A stretch of 61,992 bases of DNA, filler included, from Candidatus Zapsychrus exili (GTDB lineage Bacteria; Omnitrophota; Gorgyraeia; Zapsychrales; Zapsychraceae), in assembly GCA_030765585.1 (NCBI GenBank). It is 6 parts of 6 records of this genome, joined end to end, with 100 filler letters (N's around TTAATTAATTAA, not from the genome) between each part and the next. Parts side by side here need not be neighbours in the genome. Positions count along the whole stretch, not along the records: positions 1 to 29,765 come from JAVCCJ010000018.1; 5 more parts are not named here. One strand, given 5' to 3'. Shown in pieces: positions 1-12,415 of this stretch; position 1 is the stretch's first letter, and the number at the start of each line of letters is the position of its first letter. The notes under the pieces were generated by a model. It did no database searches and was not told where the DNA came from. It was given only the letters and a program-made list of their open reading frames with translations. The translations under genes were made by a program, and so were the position numbers.

Positions 1-3000
1 CCACAAGGATTTCCACACTTTTATTAGATTTTGTATTAACTTTTAAATAAACTGGAACATTCCCAGGATACTTAAGCAATCTTTTCTTTAAATCATCAAC
101 CGGGGGAACATCTCCACCCAACGATAAGTCCACATTAATGGCTTTTATAGAACCATATACATCACCAATATGTTTTATATCGCCAATAACTATCTTAGCT
201 TGGTCATCTCGCAAAGTAATTCTACCACTTACAAACACAACTTCGCCTTCTTGAAGATAATTTGAAAGCTTTTCGTAAGAAGAAGGAAAAACAACAGCTT
301 CAACTTCTCCCTCCATATCCGCTATCTTTAAAATAGCCATACGTTCATTGGTTTTTCTAGTATTTGTCAATTTAACTTTCTCAATTAACCCAACAAGCTT
401 TATTTCTTCTCCATCAAACGATTCACTTAAATCTTTTATCGATATATCTGTAAACTCTTTTATTTCAACCTGATAATACGCTAATGGATGTCCACTTATG
501 TAAAAACCTAACAACTCTCTTTCATATGTTAATATCTGATTCTTATGCCATTCAGCAATATCAGGTAAGTCATCATAATTATCTTGAAATCCCGATTTAT
601 CTCCAAACATGTCAAAAAACGTTGTTTGCCCAGATGCTTTCTCTTTTTGAGACCTTGATCCTCCATCAATAGCTCTTTCTAATGTCATCATTAACTTTGA
701 CCTAAAAACACCAAGGCTATCCAAAGCTCCACATTTAATCAAACTTTCCATTACCTTATGATTAACCAAGCGAAGATCAACTCGCTGACAAATATCATAA
801 AGAGACTCATATGACCCATCTTTTTTTCTTTGTGCCACTAAAGAATCGATGGCTGTCTCTCCTACATTTTTTACAGCCAACAGTCCAAAACGAATAGTAT
901 GTCCATCAATAACAGCAAAACCTTTAAAACTTTGATTTATGTCTGGCGGCAATATCTTAATTCCCATTGCCTCTGACTCTTTTACATACTCAACTATTTT
1001 ATCAGTATTGTTTCTTTCAGAATTCAAAAGCGCACACATAAATTCAACAGGATAATTGGCCTTTAAATATGCGGTTCTATAAGTTATCATCGCATAAGCC
1101 GCTGAATGGCTTCGATTAAAACCATAACCTGAAAAATAATCAATCAAATCAAAAATCTTATTAGCTAGCGACTCATCAATCTTGCTTACTTTTTTACATC
1201 CCTTAACAAAATCCTTTCGCATCTTGTCCATAACAGATGAAATCTTTTTACTCATAGCACGTCTTAAATGATCCGCTTGAATAAGAGAGAATCCGGCCAA
1301 TACAACAGGTACTTGCATAACTTGTTCTTGATAAACAATAATCCCATACGTCGTTTTAAGTATCTCTTCTAATTTTGGATGATCATATCTGAATTTAACT
1401 TCACCCCGTTTTCTTTTAATAAAATCATCTAACATACCACTTCCCATAGGACCTGGTCGATAAAGTGCTAAAATTGAAATAAGATCTTCAAATTCCGTTG
1501 GTTTAATCTTTCTTAAAAGCTCGCGCATACCAGAACTTTCAAGCTGAAAAACTCCAAAACTATTTGCTTTGCCTAAATTCTCATAAGTTTTCTTATCATC
1601 AAGCGTGACTTTACTTATATCAATATCAAGATTATGTATTCTTTTAATAAGCTTTACTGTTTCGCTTATTACAGTTAATGTGCGAAGCCCAAGAAAGTCC
1701 ATCTTAAGCAAACCAATCTTTGCAATATCATTCATTGAAAAACCAGTAGTTATTTGGTCATCGCTTGTCTTAAACAAAGGGACGTGTTCATTTAAAGGCC
1801 TATCACCTATAACGACGCCAGCAGCATGAGTTGATGCATGTCTATTTAGGCCTTCTAAAACTTGCGCTGTCTCAATAATATCTTTTGCCATCTTATCTTC
1901 ATCACACAACTTCTTTAGTTGTGGCTCTTTTATAAGCGCATCTTTTATTGTAATACCTAATTCTGTTGGAATAAGCTTTGCTATTTTATCAACGTCAGCA
2001 TAAGGAGCATCCATAACACGGCCAACATCTCTTATCGCAGCACGAGCCTGCATTGTTCCAAACGTTATAATCTGTGCAACTTTATCTTTTCCATATTTCT
2101 TAGTTACATAATCTATTACCTCGGCACGTCTTTCATAACAAAAATCAATATCAATATCAGGCATTCCAGCTCTATCTGCATTTAGAAATCTTTCAAAAAG
2201 CAAACCATATTTTAAAGGATCAAGATCTGTAATACCTAGAAGATAGCTTACTAAACTACCTGCAGCAGAACCTCTTCCAGGACCAACAGGAATATTCTTC
2301 TCTTTTGAGAAATTAATAAAATCCCAAACAATCAGAAAATAACTATCAAATTTCATCTTATGAATTATTTCAAGCTCTGAATCTAGTCTTTGCTGTATCT
2401 CTTCGGTTACTTCACTAAAACGCGTTTTAAGTCCTTCAACGCAAAGCTGTTTTAAATAAGCACGATTATCTTTGCCTTTAGGCGGATCAAAGCGAGGTAA
2501 ATGTATTTCATCAAAATTAAATTTAACATCACATTTCTCAGCTAATTGAACAGTATTCATTATGGATTCAGGTGCCCAACTAAATAGCTCTCTCATCTCA
2601 TCAGGGCTCTTAAAATAAAATTGATCAGTACTTAACTGCATCCTTTTAGGGTCACTAAGAGTCGTCTGCGTCTGAATACAAAGAAGAGCCTCGTGCGCTT
2701 TTGACTGATATTGTTCTAGGTAATGAACATCATTTGTTGCAATTAGAGGGATATTCAATTCTTTTGATATTTTAGCAAGTCCTTCATTAGCTATTTTCTG
2801 TTCTTTAATGCCATGATCCATAATCTCTAAATAAAAATCATCTTTACCAAAAATCTGTCTTAAATCATCTGCAACTTTTAACGCAGAATTATAATTTCCA
2901 GCTAAAATGTTTTGAGCAACTTCTCCCTTAAGGCAAGCTGATGAAGCTATTAAGCCTTCTGAATATTGTGCAAGAATTTCTTTATCTATTCTAGGACTAT

Positions 3001-3355
3001 AATAAAACCCTTCTACGTATCCAGCTGAAACAAGCTTAAGCAAGTTTTGATATCCAATATTATTTTTTGCTATTAATACAAGGTGTGACACATCCCACCT
3101 ATGTTGAGGAGATTTATCAAAACGACTCGTATTCTTTTTTAAATATATTTCACATCCTATGATAGGCTTAATTCCTGCGGAAGTTGCTTTTTGGTAGAAA
3201 TCTACAGCACCAAACATATTACCATGATCCGTCATAGTAACGGCTGACATATTAAGATCGACGGCCTTTTGAACTAAATCTTTAGTTCTGCAGGCTCCAT
3301 CGAGAAGACTATACTGAGTATGTACATGAAGATGAACAAAATCTGATTGATTCAT
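1..3355 (-). CDS. dnaE: DNA polymerase III alpha subunit (3' end runs off the window)
   Basis: Not in the ORF track. Read manually from ATG at 3355: MNQSDFVHLHVHTQYSLLDG (PHP domain), later GPGRGSAAGS, MPDIDIDF and YGFNRSHS motifs; still open at position 1. Confidence 0.97.
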   Translation of the reverse strand, partial: MNQSDFVHLHVHTQYSLLDGACRTKDLVQKAVDLNMSAVTMTDHGNMFGAVDFYQKATSAGIKPIIGCEIYLKKNTSRFDKSPQHRWDVSHLVLIAKNNIGYQNLLKLVSAGYVEGFYYSPRIDKEILAQYSEGLIASSACLKGEVAQNILAGNYNSALKVADDLRQIFGKDDFYLEIMDHGIKEQKIANEGLAKISKELNIPLIATNDVHYLEQYQSKAHEALLCIQTQTTLSDPKRMQLSTDQFYFKSPDEMRELFSWAPESIMNTVQLAEKCDVKFNFDEIHLPRFDPPKGKDNRAYLKQLCVEGLKTRFSEVTEEIQQRLDSELEIIHKMKFDSYFLIVWDFINFSKEKNIPVGPGRGSAAGSLVSYLLGITDLDPLKYGLLFERFLNADRAGMPDIDIDFCYERRAEVIDYVTKKYGKDKVAQIITFGTMQARAAIRDVGRVMDAPYADVDKIAKLIPTELGITIKDALIKEPQLKKLCDEDKMAKDIIETAQVLEGLNRHASTHAAGVVIGDRPLNEHVPLFKTSDDQITTGFSMNDIAKIGLLKMDFLGLRTLTVISETVKLIKRIHNLDIDISKVTLDDKKTYENLGKANSFGVFQLESSGMRELLRKIKPTEFEDLISILALYRPGPMGSGMLDDFIKRKRGEVKFRYDHPKLEEILKTTYGIIVYQEQVMQVPVVLAGFSLIQADHLRRAMSKKISSVMDKMRKDFVKGCKKVSKIDESLANKIFDLIDYFSGYGFNRSHSAAYAMITYRTAYLKANYPVEFMCALLNSERNNTDKIVEYVKESEAMGIKILPPDINQSFKGFAVIDGHTIRFGLLAVKNVGETAIDSLVAQRKKDGSYESLYDICQRVDLRLVNHKVMESLIKCGALDSLGVFRSKLMMTLERAIDGGSRSQKEKASGQTTFFDMFGDKSGFQDNYDDLPDIAEWHKNQILTYERELLGFYISGHPLAYYQVEIKEFTDISIKDLSESFDGEEIKLVGLIEKVKLTNTRKTNERMAILKIADMEGEVEAVVFPSSYEKLSNYLQEGEVVFVSGRITLRDDQAKIVIGDIKHIGDVYGSIKAINVDLSLGGDVPPVDDLKKRLLKYPGNVPVYLKVNTKSNKSVEILV

Positions 3356-3360
3356 TATAT

Positions 3361-3530
3361 CAAGGATTAAGGTTTAAGGATTAAGGTTTAAGTCAAAGGA
3401 ATATAAGGCTGTTTAAAACAAATATTCTTTTAAAAATATTTATTTCAATATATCATAAAATTTTAAATGTATTTTCTATAAATACATTGTAAGGTTTTAT
3501 TTTTCCCTTCAGCCTTTATCCTTTATCCTT
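3361..3530. repeat. Heptamer tandem repeats in inverted arrangement in the guaA-dnaE spacer
   Basis: AAGGATT/AAGGTTT units at about 3362-3392 and complementary-type CCTTCAG-CCTTTAT-CCTTTAT-CCTT at about 3506-3530. Confidence 0.55.
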
Positions 3531-3534
3531 ACTT

Positions 3535-5349
3535 TTACTCCCATTCAATTGTGGCAGGAGGTTTGGAGCTTACGTCATAAACAACACGATTAACTCCTTG
3601 TACTTCATTAATTATACGATTTGAAATCTTTCCTAAAAGCTCATATGGCATCTGTGCCCAATCAGCAGTCATACCATCAACGCTGGTTACACATCTTATA
3701 GCTATAACATCCTCGTAAGTTCTTTGATCTCCCATAACACCTACTGTCTTAACAGGCAGAAGAACTGCAAAAGATTGCCATATGTCATTATATAATCCTT
3801 CTTTTTTTATTTCGTCTAAAACTATTTCATCTGCATCTCTTAAAACATCTAATCTTTCTTTTGTTACATCACCAATTATCCTGATACCAAGACCTGGTCC
3901 AGGGAAAGGCTGACGCTTTAATACTGTATCTGGAAGTCCTAGATGTTTTCCTAAAACGCGAACCTCATCCTTAAAAAGCTCACTTAGTGGCTCAACAAGT
4001 TTAAATTTCAAATTCTTTGGCAAGCCTCCAACATTATGATGGCTCTTTATTACTGCAGATGGTCCACCTATAGGAGAATGCGATTCTATTACATCAGGAT
4101 AAAGCGTTCCCTGAGCTAAGAAATCAGCGTCTTTTATTCTTTTAGCTTTTTCAGTAAAAACTTTAATAAATTCATCTCCAATAATCTTTCTTTTTTCTTC
4201 TGGATCTGTAATACCTTTTAATCTTTTTAAGAATCCTTTTTCAGCATTAACGCAAGATAAATTCATCTTAAAAGAACCTTTAAAAGCTTTCTGAACTGCT
4301 GCAACTTCATTCTTGCGAAGCAATCCATTGTCTACAAAAATACAATATAACTTTTTTCCAACCGCTTTACTTATTATCGCAGCTGCTACCGCAGAATCTA
4401 CTCCACCGCTTAAACCTAATACTACTTTCTTACTTCCTATGGTCTCTTTTATTTGATTAACAGAAGCATCGATAAATTTATCCATTGTCCAACGAGGCAA
4501 ACATCCACAAATGCCAAACAAGAAATTATTTAATATTTGAGAACCGCGTTGAGTATGAATAACTTCTGGATGGAACTGAACTCCATATATTTTTTTAGCT
4601 CTATTAGCAAAAGCAGCTACATCAGCATTTAGCGTATGTGCAATTCTAACAAAACCTTTCGGAAGCTTTTTAATCTCATCGCTATGACTCATCCAACAAG
4701 TCAAATTAGATGGCATGTTAGCAAATAAATCTTTATTACTATCAATAAACAACTCAGCTCGGCCAAACTCTCTTTCATTACTTGATTTAACCTTGCCTTC
4801 AAACTGTTCTGTAATTATTTGCATTCCATAACAAACACCTAAAATAGGAATATCTAGCTTATAAATTTCCTTTATTGGCGCTGGAGCTTTTTTATCAAAA
4901 ACGCTTAAAGGACCTCCTGAGAAAATAATACCTTTTGGTTTAATCTGTCTAATTTCTTCAGCAGTAATATTATAAGGAACTATTTTGCTATAGACTTTAC
5001 TTTCTCTTGTGCGACGAGCTATAAGTTGTGTATATTGAGAGCCAAAATCAAGAACTAAAATAACATCTTTACTTTTTATCTTACGTACTTTAATCGATGC
5101 TGCTATTCTACTTCTAACTTTCTTTAGCTTAGGAAATCCGCCAATTCTTTTTTTAGGCTTAACCTTTATTCTTGTCTTAAGTTTATATACTATCTTTTTT
5201 TTCTTAACTGGTGTTTTCAAGGGCTTCTTAACTGGCTTTTTAACTGACTTCTTAACCACTTTTTTAATTGGCTTCTTTATAACTTTCTTTTTTGTTTCTT
5301 TTTTTGCTTTTGGTGTTGCTTTTTTGGTTTTTTTAATCACTTTTGCCAT
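3535..5349 (-). CDS. guaA: GMP synthase (glutamine-hydrolysing) with a ~93-aa Lys-rich N-terminal extension
   Basis: [34 protein letters not shown] and terminal KPPATIEWE motifs. Confidence 0.97.
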   Translation of the reverse strand: MAKVIKKTKKATPKAKKETKKKVIKKPIKKVVKKSVKKPVKKPLKTPVKKKKIVYKLKTRIKVKPKKRIGGFPKLKKVRSRIAASIKVRKIKSKDVILVLDFGSQYTQLIARRTRESKVYSKIVPYNITAEEIRQIKPKGIIFSGGPLSVFDKKAPAPIKEIYKLDIPILGVCYGMQIITEQFEGKVKSSNEREFGRAELFIDSNKDLFANMPSNLTCWMSHSDEIKKLPKGFVRIAHTLNADVAAFANRAKKIYGVQFHPEVIHTQRGSQILNNFLFGICGCLPRWTMDKFIDASVNQIKETIGSKKVVLGLSGGVDSAVAAAIISKAVGKKLYCIFVDNGLLRKNEVAAVQKAFKGSFKMNLSCVNAEKGFLKRLKGITDPEEKRKIIGDEFIKVFTEKAKRIKDADFLAQGTLYPDVIESHSPIGGPSAVIKSHHNVGGLPKNLKFKLVEPLSELFKDEVRVLGKHLGLPDTVLKRQPFPGPGLGIRIIGDVTKERLDVLRDADEIVLDEIKKEGLYNDIWQSFAVLLPVKTVGVMGDQRTYEDVIAIRCVTSVDGMTADWAQMPYELLGKISNRIINEVQGVNRVVYDVSSKPPATIEWE

Positions 5350-5406
5350 TTAATGCCACCCTATTTATTTTTATTAAATTGAAATTATAAAATTTATTTT
5401 TATAAT

Positions 5407-6567
5407 CTATTTACCCATTCCAACACGTTGTCCTACCTGAAATACTTTTCCTTCAGTTTGTATAGATGGGGCTATAATAATTTCTACATCGTGCATTTCT
5501 TTTAAATTTTGAGCTCCTAAAGAACCCATTGAAGTTTTAAGTGCTCCAACTAAATTCTGTGAACCATCATCAACTTTTGCAGGACCTATTAAAATCTGCT
5601 CTAGCGTACCTGATGTACCTACATTAATTCTTGTTCCGCGAGGTAAATTAGCATGAGATGTTGCCATACCCCAATGATATCCATGTCCAGGAGCTTCTTC
5701 TGCTTTTGCAAAAGCAGATCCAACCATAACAGCATCAGCGCCTACAGCAAACGCCTTACAAATCTCTCCACCTATTCTCATTCCGCCATCAGTAATAATA
5801 GTTACATATTTGCCAGTCTTTTTATAAAAATGATCCCTTGCTGCTGATGCATCAACAGTTGCTGTAATTTGCGGAACTCCTATTCCTAAAACTCCTCTTG
5901 TAGTACATGCTGCTCCAGGTCCAACCCCTATAAAAACTCCACTAGCGCCAAGCTCCATAAGCTCTAGTACCATTTTATAAGTTACAGCATTACCTATAAT
6001 AACGGGAATTTTAAACTCGCTACACAACTTGCCATAATCGCAAACTTTATATTCAGTTGAGATATGTTTTGCAGAAGATACTTGCGATTGAACAACAAAA
6101 CTATCAGCACCTGCTTCTTGTGCAATTTCACCAAATTTCCTAGCATTCTGAGGAATACAACTTACAAATGCAGGTACGCCTCCATCTCTTATCTCTTGAA
6201 CTCTTTTACTTATTAACTCTTCTTTTATTTTTGGCTGGTATAATTTTTGAAGTAATTCTGTAGCTTTTTCGGGGGTTGCTTCAGCTATTTCATTTATAAT
6301 TTCATTAGGATCATCATATCTTGTTTGAACACCGTCTAAATTTAATACCGCAATTCCACCAAGCTTTCCCATAGCAATTGCAAATTTAACATCGACAACA
6401 CCATCCATAGCTGCCGCCATAATTGGAATGTCTATTGTCTTTCCTGCTATATTACTTGATATATCAACTTCATTTGGATTAACCGTCTGCATTCCAGGAA
6501 CCATCGCAACTTCATCAAATCCATAACAACGTCTTGCTCTTTTACCTATCCCAATCCATTCTGCCAT
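5407..6567 (-). CDS. guaB: IMP dehydrogenase, CBS-less GuaB3-type
   Basis: Catalytic loop GVGPGAACTTR, DGGMR, GADAVMVGS; 386 aa with no CBS pair; adjacent to guaA. Confidence 0.88.
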   Translation of the reverse strand: MAEWIGIGKRARRCYGFDEVAMVPGMQTVNPNEVDISSNIAGKTIDIPIMAAAMDGVVDVKFAIAMGKLGGIAVLNLDGVQTRYDDPNEIINEIAEATPEKATELLQKLYQPKIKEELISKRVQEIRDGGVPAFVSCIPQNARKFGEIAQEAGADSFVVQSQVSSAKHISTEYKVCDYGKLCSEFKIPVIIGNAVTYKMVLELMELGASGVFIGVGPGAACTTRGVLGIGVPQITATVDASAARDHFYKKTGKYVTIITDGGMRIGGEICKAFAVGADAVMVGSAFAKAEEAPGHGYHWGMATSHANLPRGTRINVGTSGTLEQILIGPAKVDDGSQNLVGALKTSMGSLGAQNLKEMHDVEIIIAPSIQTEGKVFQVGQRVGMGK

Positions 6568-6688
6568 ATTAAATTACCTCCTATAATTTTAAACTTAAAA
6601 ATCCTAAGCTATGTTTTGTATATAAAGTAATATAAGTCTATATAGTATATAGACTTTCAGCCCTGTTTCAGCTGTCAATTAAGGATAT

Positions 6689-6717
6689 AATATAGTCTTT
6701 TTAATGCTAATTGTCAA
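6689..6717 (-). promoter_or_regulatory. sigma70-type promoter of guaB-guaA
   Basis: TTGACA (6717-6712), 17 nt, TATATT (6694-6689). Confidence 0.65.
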
Positions 6718-6818
6718 ATAATAAAATAAAACTAACTTATATTGTACTCTTTAAGAAAAAGCTTTATTCTTGATATATTTTTAAACAAATAAATACAAAA
6801 ACAAGGACCTCTAAAACA

Positions 6819-6851
6819 AAAGGCCGAGCTTTATTCAAGCCCGGCCTTTTT
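6819..6851. terminator. Intrinsic terminator downstream of groEL, probably bidirectional
   Basis: AAAGGCCGAGCTT...AAGCCCGGCCTTTTT hairpin with A/T tracts on both sides. Confidence 0.65.
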
Positions 6852-7015
6852 CTATGTAAATTGCTGTCAAATCAATAAAAATCTGCAGCAAACTCTGCCA
6901 AAATTGACAGCTACATTAATTTGATGAGATCCCTGCCTGCGCAGGGCTAAATTCGCAGACGACCTAAAGGCCTATAATTTATGTCGCCTTTCGGCTCCAG
7001 AAATTGTCTGCTTAT

Positions 7016-8677
<1,662 letters not shown>

Positions 8678-8692
8678 TTAAAATTAAAACTT

Positions 8693-8983
8693 TTATTTAA
8701 CTACTGTCGCTAATATATCCTCTTCTTTCATAATAAGAAGATCTTCGCCATCTGATACAATTTCTGTTCCACTATACTTACCATAAAGAACATGATCTCC
8801 AACCTTAAGTTCAAGCGCTTGAACCTTACCGTCATCTGTTGTTTTACCTTTTCCAACAGCAATAATTTTACCTTCTTGTGGTTTTTCTTTTGCAGTATCA
8901 GGTAAGACGATACCACCCTTTGTTTTTTCTTCAGCTTCTAAAGGTTTAACTATAACTCTGTCAGCTAATGGTTGTAATGCCAC
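8693..8983 (-). CDS. groS: Co-chaperonin GroES
   Basis: [24 protein letters not shown]; upstream of groEL. Confidence 0.99.
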   Translation of the reverse strand: MALQPLADRVIVKPLEAEEKTKGGIVLPDTAKEKPQEGKIIAVGKGKTTDDGKVQALELKVGDHVLYGKYSGTEIVSDGEDLLIMKEEDILATVVK

Positions 8984-9049
8984 TTCTACACCTCCTTGTT
9001 TTTAAAAAAATTCCACCAATTCTATTATTAAAATTTTTCCCAAATAGTC

Positions 9050-9076
9050 TTAGCACTGTTCCAGTAAGAGTGCTAA
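9050..9076. promoter_or_regulatory. CIRCE element (HrcA operator), proximal
   Basis: TTAGCACTG-N9-GAGTGCTAA, 1 mismatch to consensus; abuts a minus-strand promoter TTGACA (9102-9097)...TAAATT (9080-9075). Confidence 0.92.
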
Positions 9077-9159
9077 TTTATCAAAATTTCTGTTTTTGTC
9101 AAGTTTTTTTTATTATACGTTTTTTATCGACGAGTATTTACAACGAAGAGTTAGCGAGA

Positions 9160-9186
9160 CTAACACTCATTACAACTGAGTGCTAT
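9160..9186. promoter_or_regulatory. CIRCE element, distal
   Basis: CTAACACTC-N9-GAGTGCTAT, 3 mismatches to consensus with correct spacing. Confidence 0.75.
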
Positions 9187-9191
9187 TGATT

Positions 9192-9953
9192 TTAACTAGA
9201 AATAAGAAGCCTTATTCCTTTAAAAATAAGATCATTATCTATTTTATCAATCTTAACTTTAAGATATTTTTTCATTAACTTTGTATATCCGCCAGTTACA
9301 ACAACTTTTGGACTTGCTTTAATCTGGGTTGAAATCGATCTTATTAAACAAGAGCACATAGCGCCATATCCAAAAAAGATTCCACTTAATATGCTTTCTT
9401 CAGTATTTTTACCAATCAATCTTTTAGGAGTTTTTATTGCCTCCACATTCGGTAACAGCGCAGCTTTATTAAATAGCGATTCTGCCGACAATCTAATACC
9501 AGGAATAATCAATCCTCCCTCATATTCTCCTTTTTTAGAAACAACATCAATTGTTATTGCAGTTCCAAAATCAATAATTACAACTGGACTTCCCAATAAT
9601 TCTTTAGCTATATAAGCACAAACTAATCTATCTTGACCCACTTGTGCTTTATTATAGTATTTATTCTTAACAGGAACTTTAATATCTGCTCCTATTACTT
9701 TAGCATTTATGTTTAAAATCTTTTTTATAGCAATTTTAACCACTTTTAAAGTTTTTGGAACAACACTACAAATATATACATTATCTATATCAGAATATTT
9801 ATTGTTTAACTTACATATCATCTTCTCAATATCTTTTTGTTTAAGAGAAGAATCCACCGAAAATATACGCACTATTCTTTTTGTTGTTATGTCTGCAAAA
9901 GAGATGCTAGTGTTTCCTATATCAATTGCTATTTTTGTCTGTTGTTTTTTCAT
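9192..9953 (-). CDS. coaX: Type III pantothenate kinase
   Basis: DIGNT, GQDR, IDFGTAITID, GGLIIPG and TGG motifs. Confidence 0.95.
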   Translation of the reverse strand: MKKQQTKIAIDIGNTSISFADITTKRIVRIFSVDSSLKQKDIEKMICKLNNKYSDIDNVYICSVVPKTLKVVKIAIKKILNINAKVIGADIKVPVKNKYYNKAQVGQDRLVCAYIAKELLGSPVVIIDFGTAITIDVVSKKGEYEGGLIIPGIRLSAESLFNKAALLPNVEAIKTPKRLIGKNTEESILSGIFFGYGAMCSCLIRSISTQIKASPKVVVTGGYTKLMKKYLKVKIDKIDNDLIFKGIRLLISS

Positions 9954-11929
9954 TTTATTGGTCTTTTTAATTCCTTTATCTTATCTCTTATCTTAGCTGC
10001 ACGCTCAAATTGAAGATTGCGCGCTGCTGCCTCCATCTGACCTTCCAATTCTGATATAAAATTAGCTAAAGTATACTCTTCCTCTGTCTTTCCTATTGCA
10101 CCTAAAATCACTTCTCCTGCTTTTTCTTCTGCCAACTCAGCAATACCTTCTGCTGACACCGCCTTCTTTATTGTTTGCGGCGTTATATTATGTGTCTTGT
10201 TATATTCTATCTGAATTTCTCTTCTTCTGTCACATTCGCCAATCGTACCTGCCATTGCTTTACTTATACTATCAGCATACATTATAACAAGTCCATCAAT
10301 ATTTCTAGCGGCACGTCCAGCTGTCTGAATCAAAGATGTTTGACTTCTTAAAAATCCTTGTTTATCTGCATCAAATATAGCGACGAGAGATACCTCTGGC
10401 AAATCAAGACCTTCGCGAAGCAAATTAACTCCAACTAAACAATCAAATTTCTTTAAACGTAAATCTTTTAATATTTTAGATCTATCAATTGTCTTTATAT
10501 CTGAATGAAGATATTTAACCTTTATGCCTTGTTCTTCTAAATACTGAGATAAATCCTCTGACATACGCTTTGTTAAAGTAGTTACCAACGCGCGTCTGTT
10601 TTTAAGAGCACATCTATTTATCTCTACGACTAAGTCATCTATCTGTCCTTTTGTAGGTCTTACCTCAATCGGCGAATCAATAATACCAGTAGGCCTAACT
10701 ATTTGCTCAATTATATTCACACCACTTTCTTCTCTTTCAAACAAACTAGGTGTCGCTGACACATAAATTCTTTTTCCTATTGTTTTTGTAAATTCACTAA
10801 ATTTTAAAGGACGATTATCAAGGCACGATGGCAGACGAAAACCATGCTCGACAAGAGTTTCTTTGCGCGCACGATCCCCTTGATACATTCCGTTTAATTG
10901 CGGGATTGTTACATGAGACTCATCAATTAAAGTTATAAAATCGTCAGGAAAATAATCAATAAGACAAAATGGTCTACTATCTACAGGTCTACCTGATAAA
11001 TGTCTTGAATAATTTTCTACTCCATTACAATAACCCATTTCTTTCAACATTTCTAAATCATATCGTGTACGAGATTCGAGACGTTGGGCTTCTAGCTCTT
11101 TGCCCTTGCCTTTCAATTCATTTAATCTCAAATGCAGCTCATCTAAAATATCTTTTTCTGCTCTATCTATTTTTTTCTGAGAGATTATAAAATGTTTAGC
11201 AGGATAAATAGCTGCTTTATCTAAAGACTGTATTATGTCACCCGTTAAAGGATCAATCTGGCTTATTTTTTCAATTTCATCTCCAAAAAATTGTATCCTA
11301 ATCGCATCTTGCCTATACGCAGGAAAGATCTCAACTGTTTCTCCTCTTACTCTAAACTTCCCACGAGAAAAAGAAAAATCATTTCGCTCATATTGAATAT
11401 CAATAAGCTGCCTTAAAACCTCATCACGATCAATGTTTTGACCCTTGTTTAAATAAAGTAAAAATTCTTTGTAGTCTTTAGGCGACCCCAAATTATAAAT
11501 ACAAGATACGCTTGCAACAATAATAACATCACGCCTGCTCATCAAAGAAGTAGTGGCAGAAAGTCGCAATCTATCTAACCTATCATTAATTGATGCGTCT
11601 TTCTCTATATAAACATCTGTGTGGGGAATATACGCTTCTGGCTGATAATAATCATAGTAGCTCACAAAGAATTCAACAGCATTCTGCGGAAAGAATTCCT
11701 TAAATTCGCTATAAAGTTGCGCAGCTAAAGTTTTGTTATGAGATATAACTAAGGTAGGGCGATTAATTTCTTTTATTACGTTAGCGAGAGTAAAAGTTTT
11801 ACCAGAACCTGTTACACCAAGCAATGTCTGAGCTTGATCTTTTGAACTTATTCCCTCAACTAATTTCTTTGCCGCATCAATCTGTTCTAGAACAGGTTTA
11901 AATTTACTTTTCAGAACAAATTCGTTCAT
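9950..11929 (-). CDS. uvrB: Excinuclease ABC subunit B
   Basis: GVTGSGKT, YYDYYQPEAY, DESH, C-terminal UVR domain. Confidence 0.99.
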   Translation of the reverse strand: MNEFVLKSKFKPVLEQIDAAKKLVEGISSKDQAQTLLGVTGSGKTFTLANVIKEINRPTLVISHNKTLAAQLYSEFKEFFPQNAVEFFVSYYDYYQPEAYIPHTDVYIEKDASINDRLDRLRLSATTSLMSRRDVIIVASVSCIYNLGSPKDYKEFLLYLNKGQNIDRDEVLRQLIDIQYERNDFSFSRGKFRVRGETVEIFPAYRQDAIRIQFFGDEIEKISQIDPLTGDIIQSLDKAAIYPAKHFIISQKKIDRAEKDILDELHLRLNELKGKGKELEAQRLESRTRYDLEMLKEMGYCNGVENYSRHLSGRPVDSRPFCLIDYFPDDFITLIDESHVTIPQLNGMYQGDRARKETLVEHGFRLPSCLDNRPLKFSEFTKTIGKRIYVSATPSLFEREESGVNIIEQIVRPTGIIDSPIEVRPTKGQIDDLVVEINRCALKNRRALVTTLTKRMSEDLSQYLEEQGIKVKYLHSDIKTIDRSKILKDLRLKKFDCLVGVNLLREGLDLPEVSLVAIFDADKQGFLRSQTSLIQTAGRAARNIDGLVIMYADSISKAMAGTIGECDRRREIQIEYNKTHNITPQTIKKAVSAEGIAELAEEKAGEVILGAIGKTEEEYTLANFISELEGQMEAAARNLQFERAAKIRDKIKELKRPIK

Positions 11930-11932
11930 ATA

Positions 11933-12403
11933 TTACTTCGCAGGGCTTTTATAATCTAAATAATTTTTTATACGCTCAAACAACTTAGAGACAAGGCCAT
12001 CTTTTCTGTAGCCACTAAAATTCTTAAATGGAACCGCTGTTAAAGAAAAGTACCTTACTTCTACCCCTGTTGTATTGTTTTCTCCACTTCTTAAATAAAC
12101 ATTTACTCTCGAATAACGAGTACCTATAAACATCAATGTTTCTTTAGTCTCTGTAAAAAGCAAAATTTGTTTATGATTTGAGTCTTGCAGCTCTTTTGCT
12201 TTCTCAAAAATAGTCGGTTCGACTTTATCTGTTATCTCCCACCCAAGATCTCTTAATGATTGCTCTGTAACATTTAGAGTTGTATCAAAATCACTATAGA
12301 ACACTTTCTTATAAGGATAATCATCTTTTATATAGTTTGGAACACTTACACTCATACAGCCAACAAGAACAAAACACAAAAACAACAATATAATTTTCTT
12401 CAT
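11933..12403 (-). CDS. Hypothetical lipoprotein
   Basis: Signal peptide with lipobox LVGC; AGGAG RBS; in operon. Confidence 0.75.
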   Translation of the reverse strand: MKKIILLFLCFVLVGCMSVSVPNYIKDDYPYKKVFYSDFDTTLNVTEQSLRDLGWEITDKVEPTIFEKAKELQDSNHKQILLFTETKETLMFIGTRYSRVNVYLRSGENNTTGVEVRYFSLTAVPFKNFSGYRKDGLVSKLFERIKNYLDYKSPAK

Positions 12404-12415
12404 CTGTTTTCTCCT

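Noticed and set aside
6926..7000. GAGATCCCTGCCTGCGCAGGG and nearby weak hairpins after groEL
   Set aside because: Single degenerate REP-like copy; too little support to define an element.
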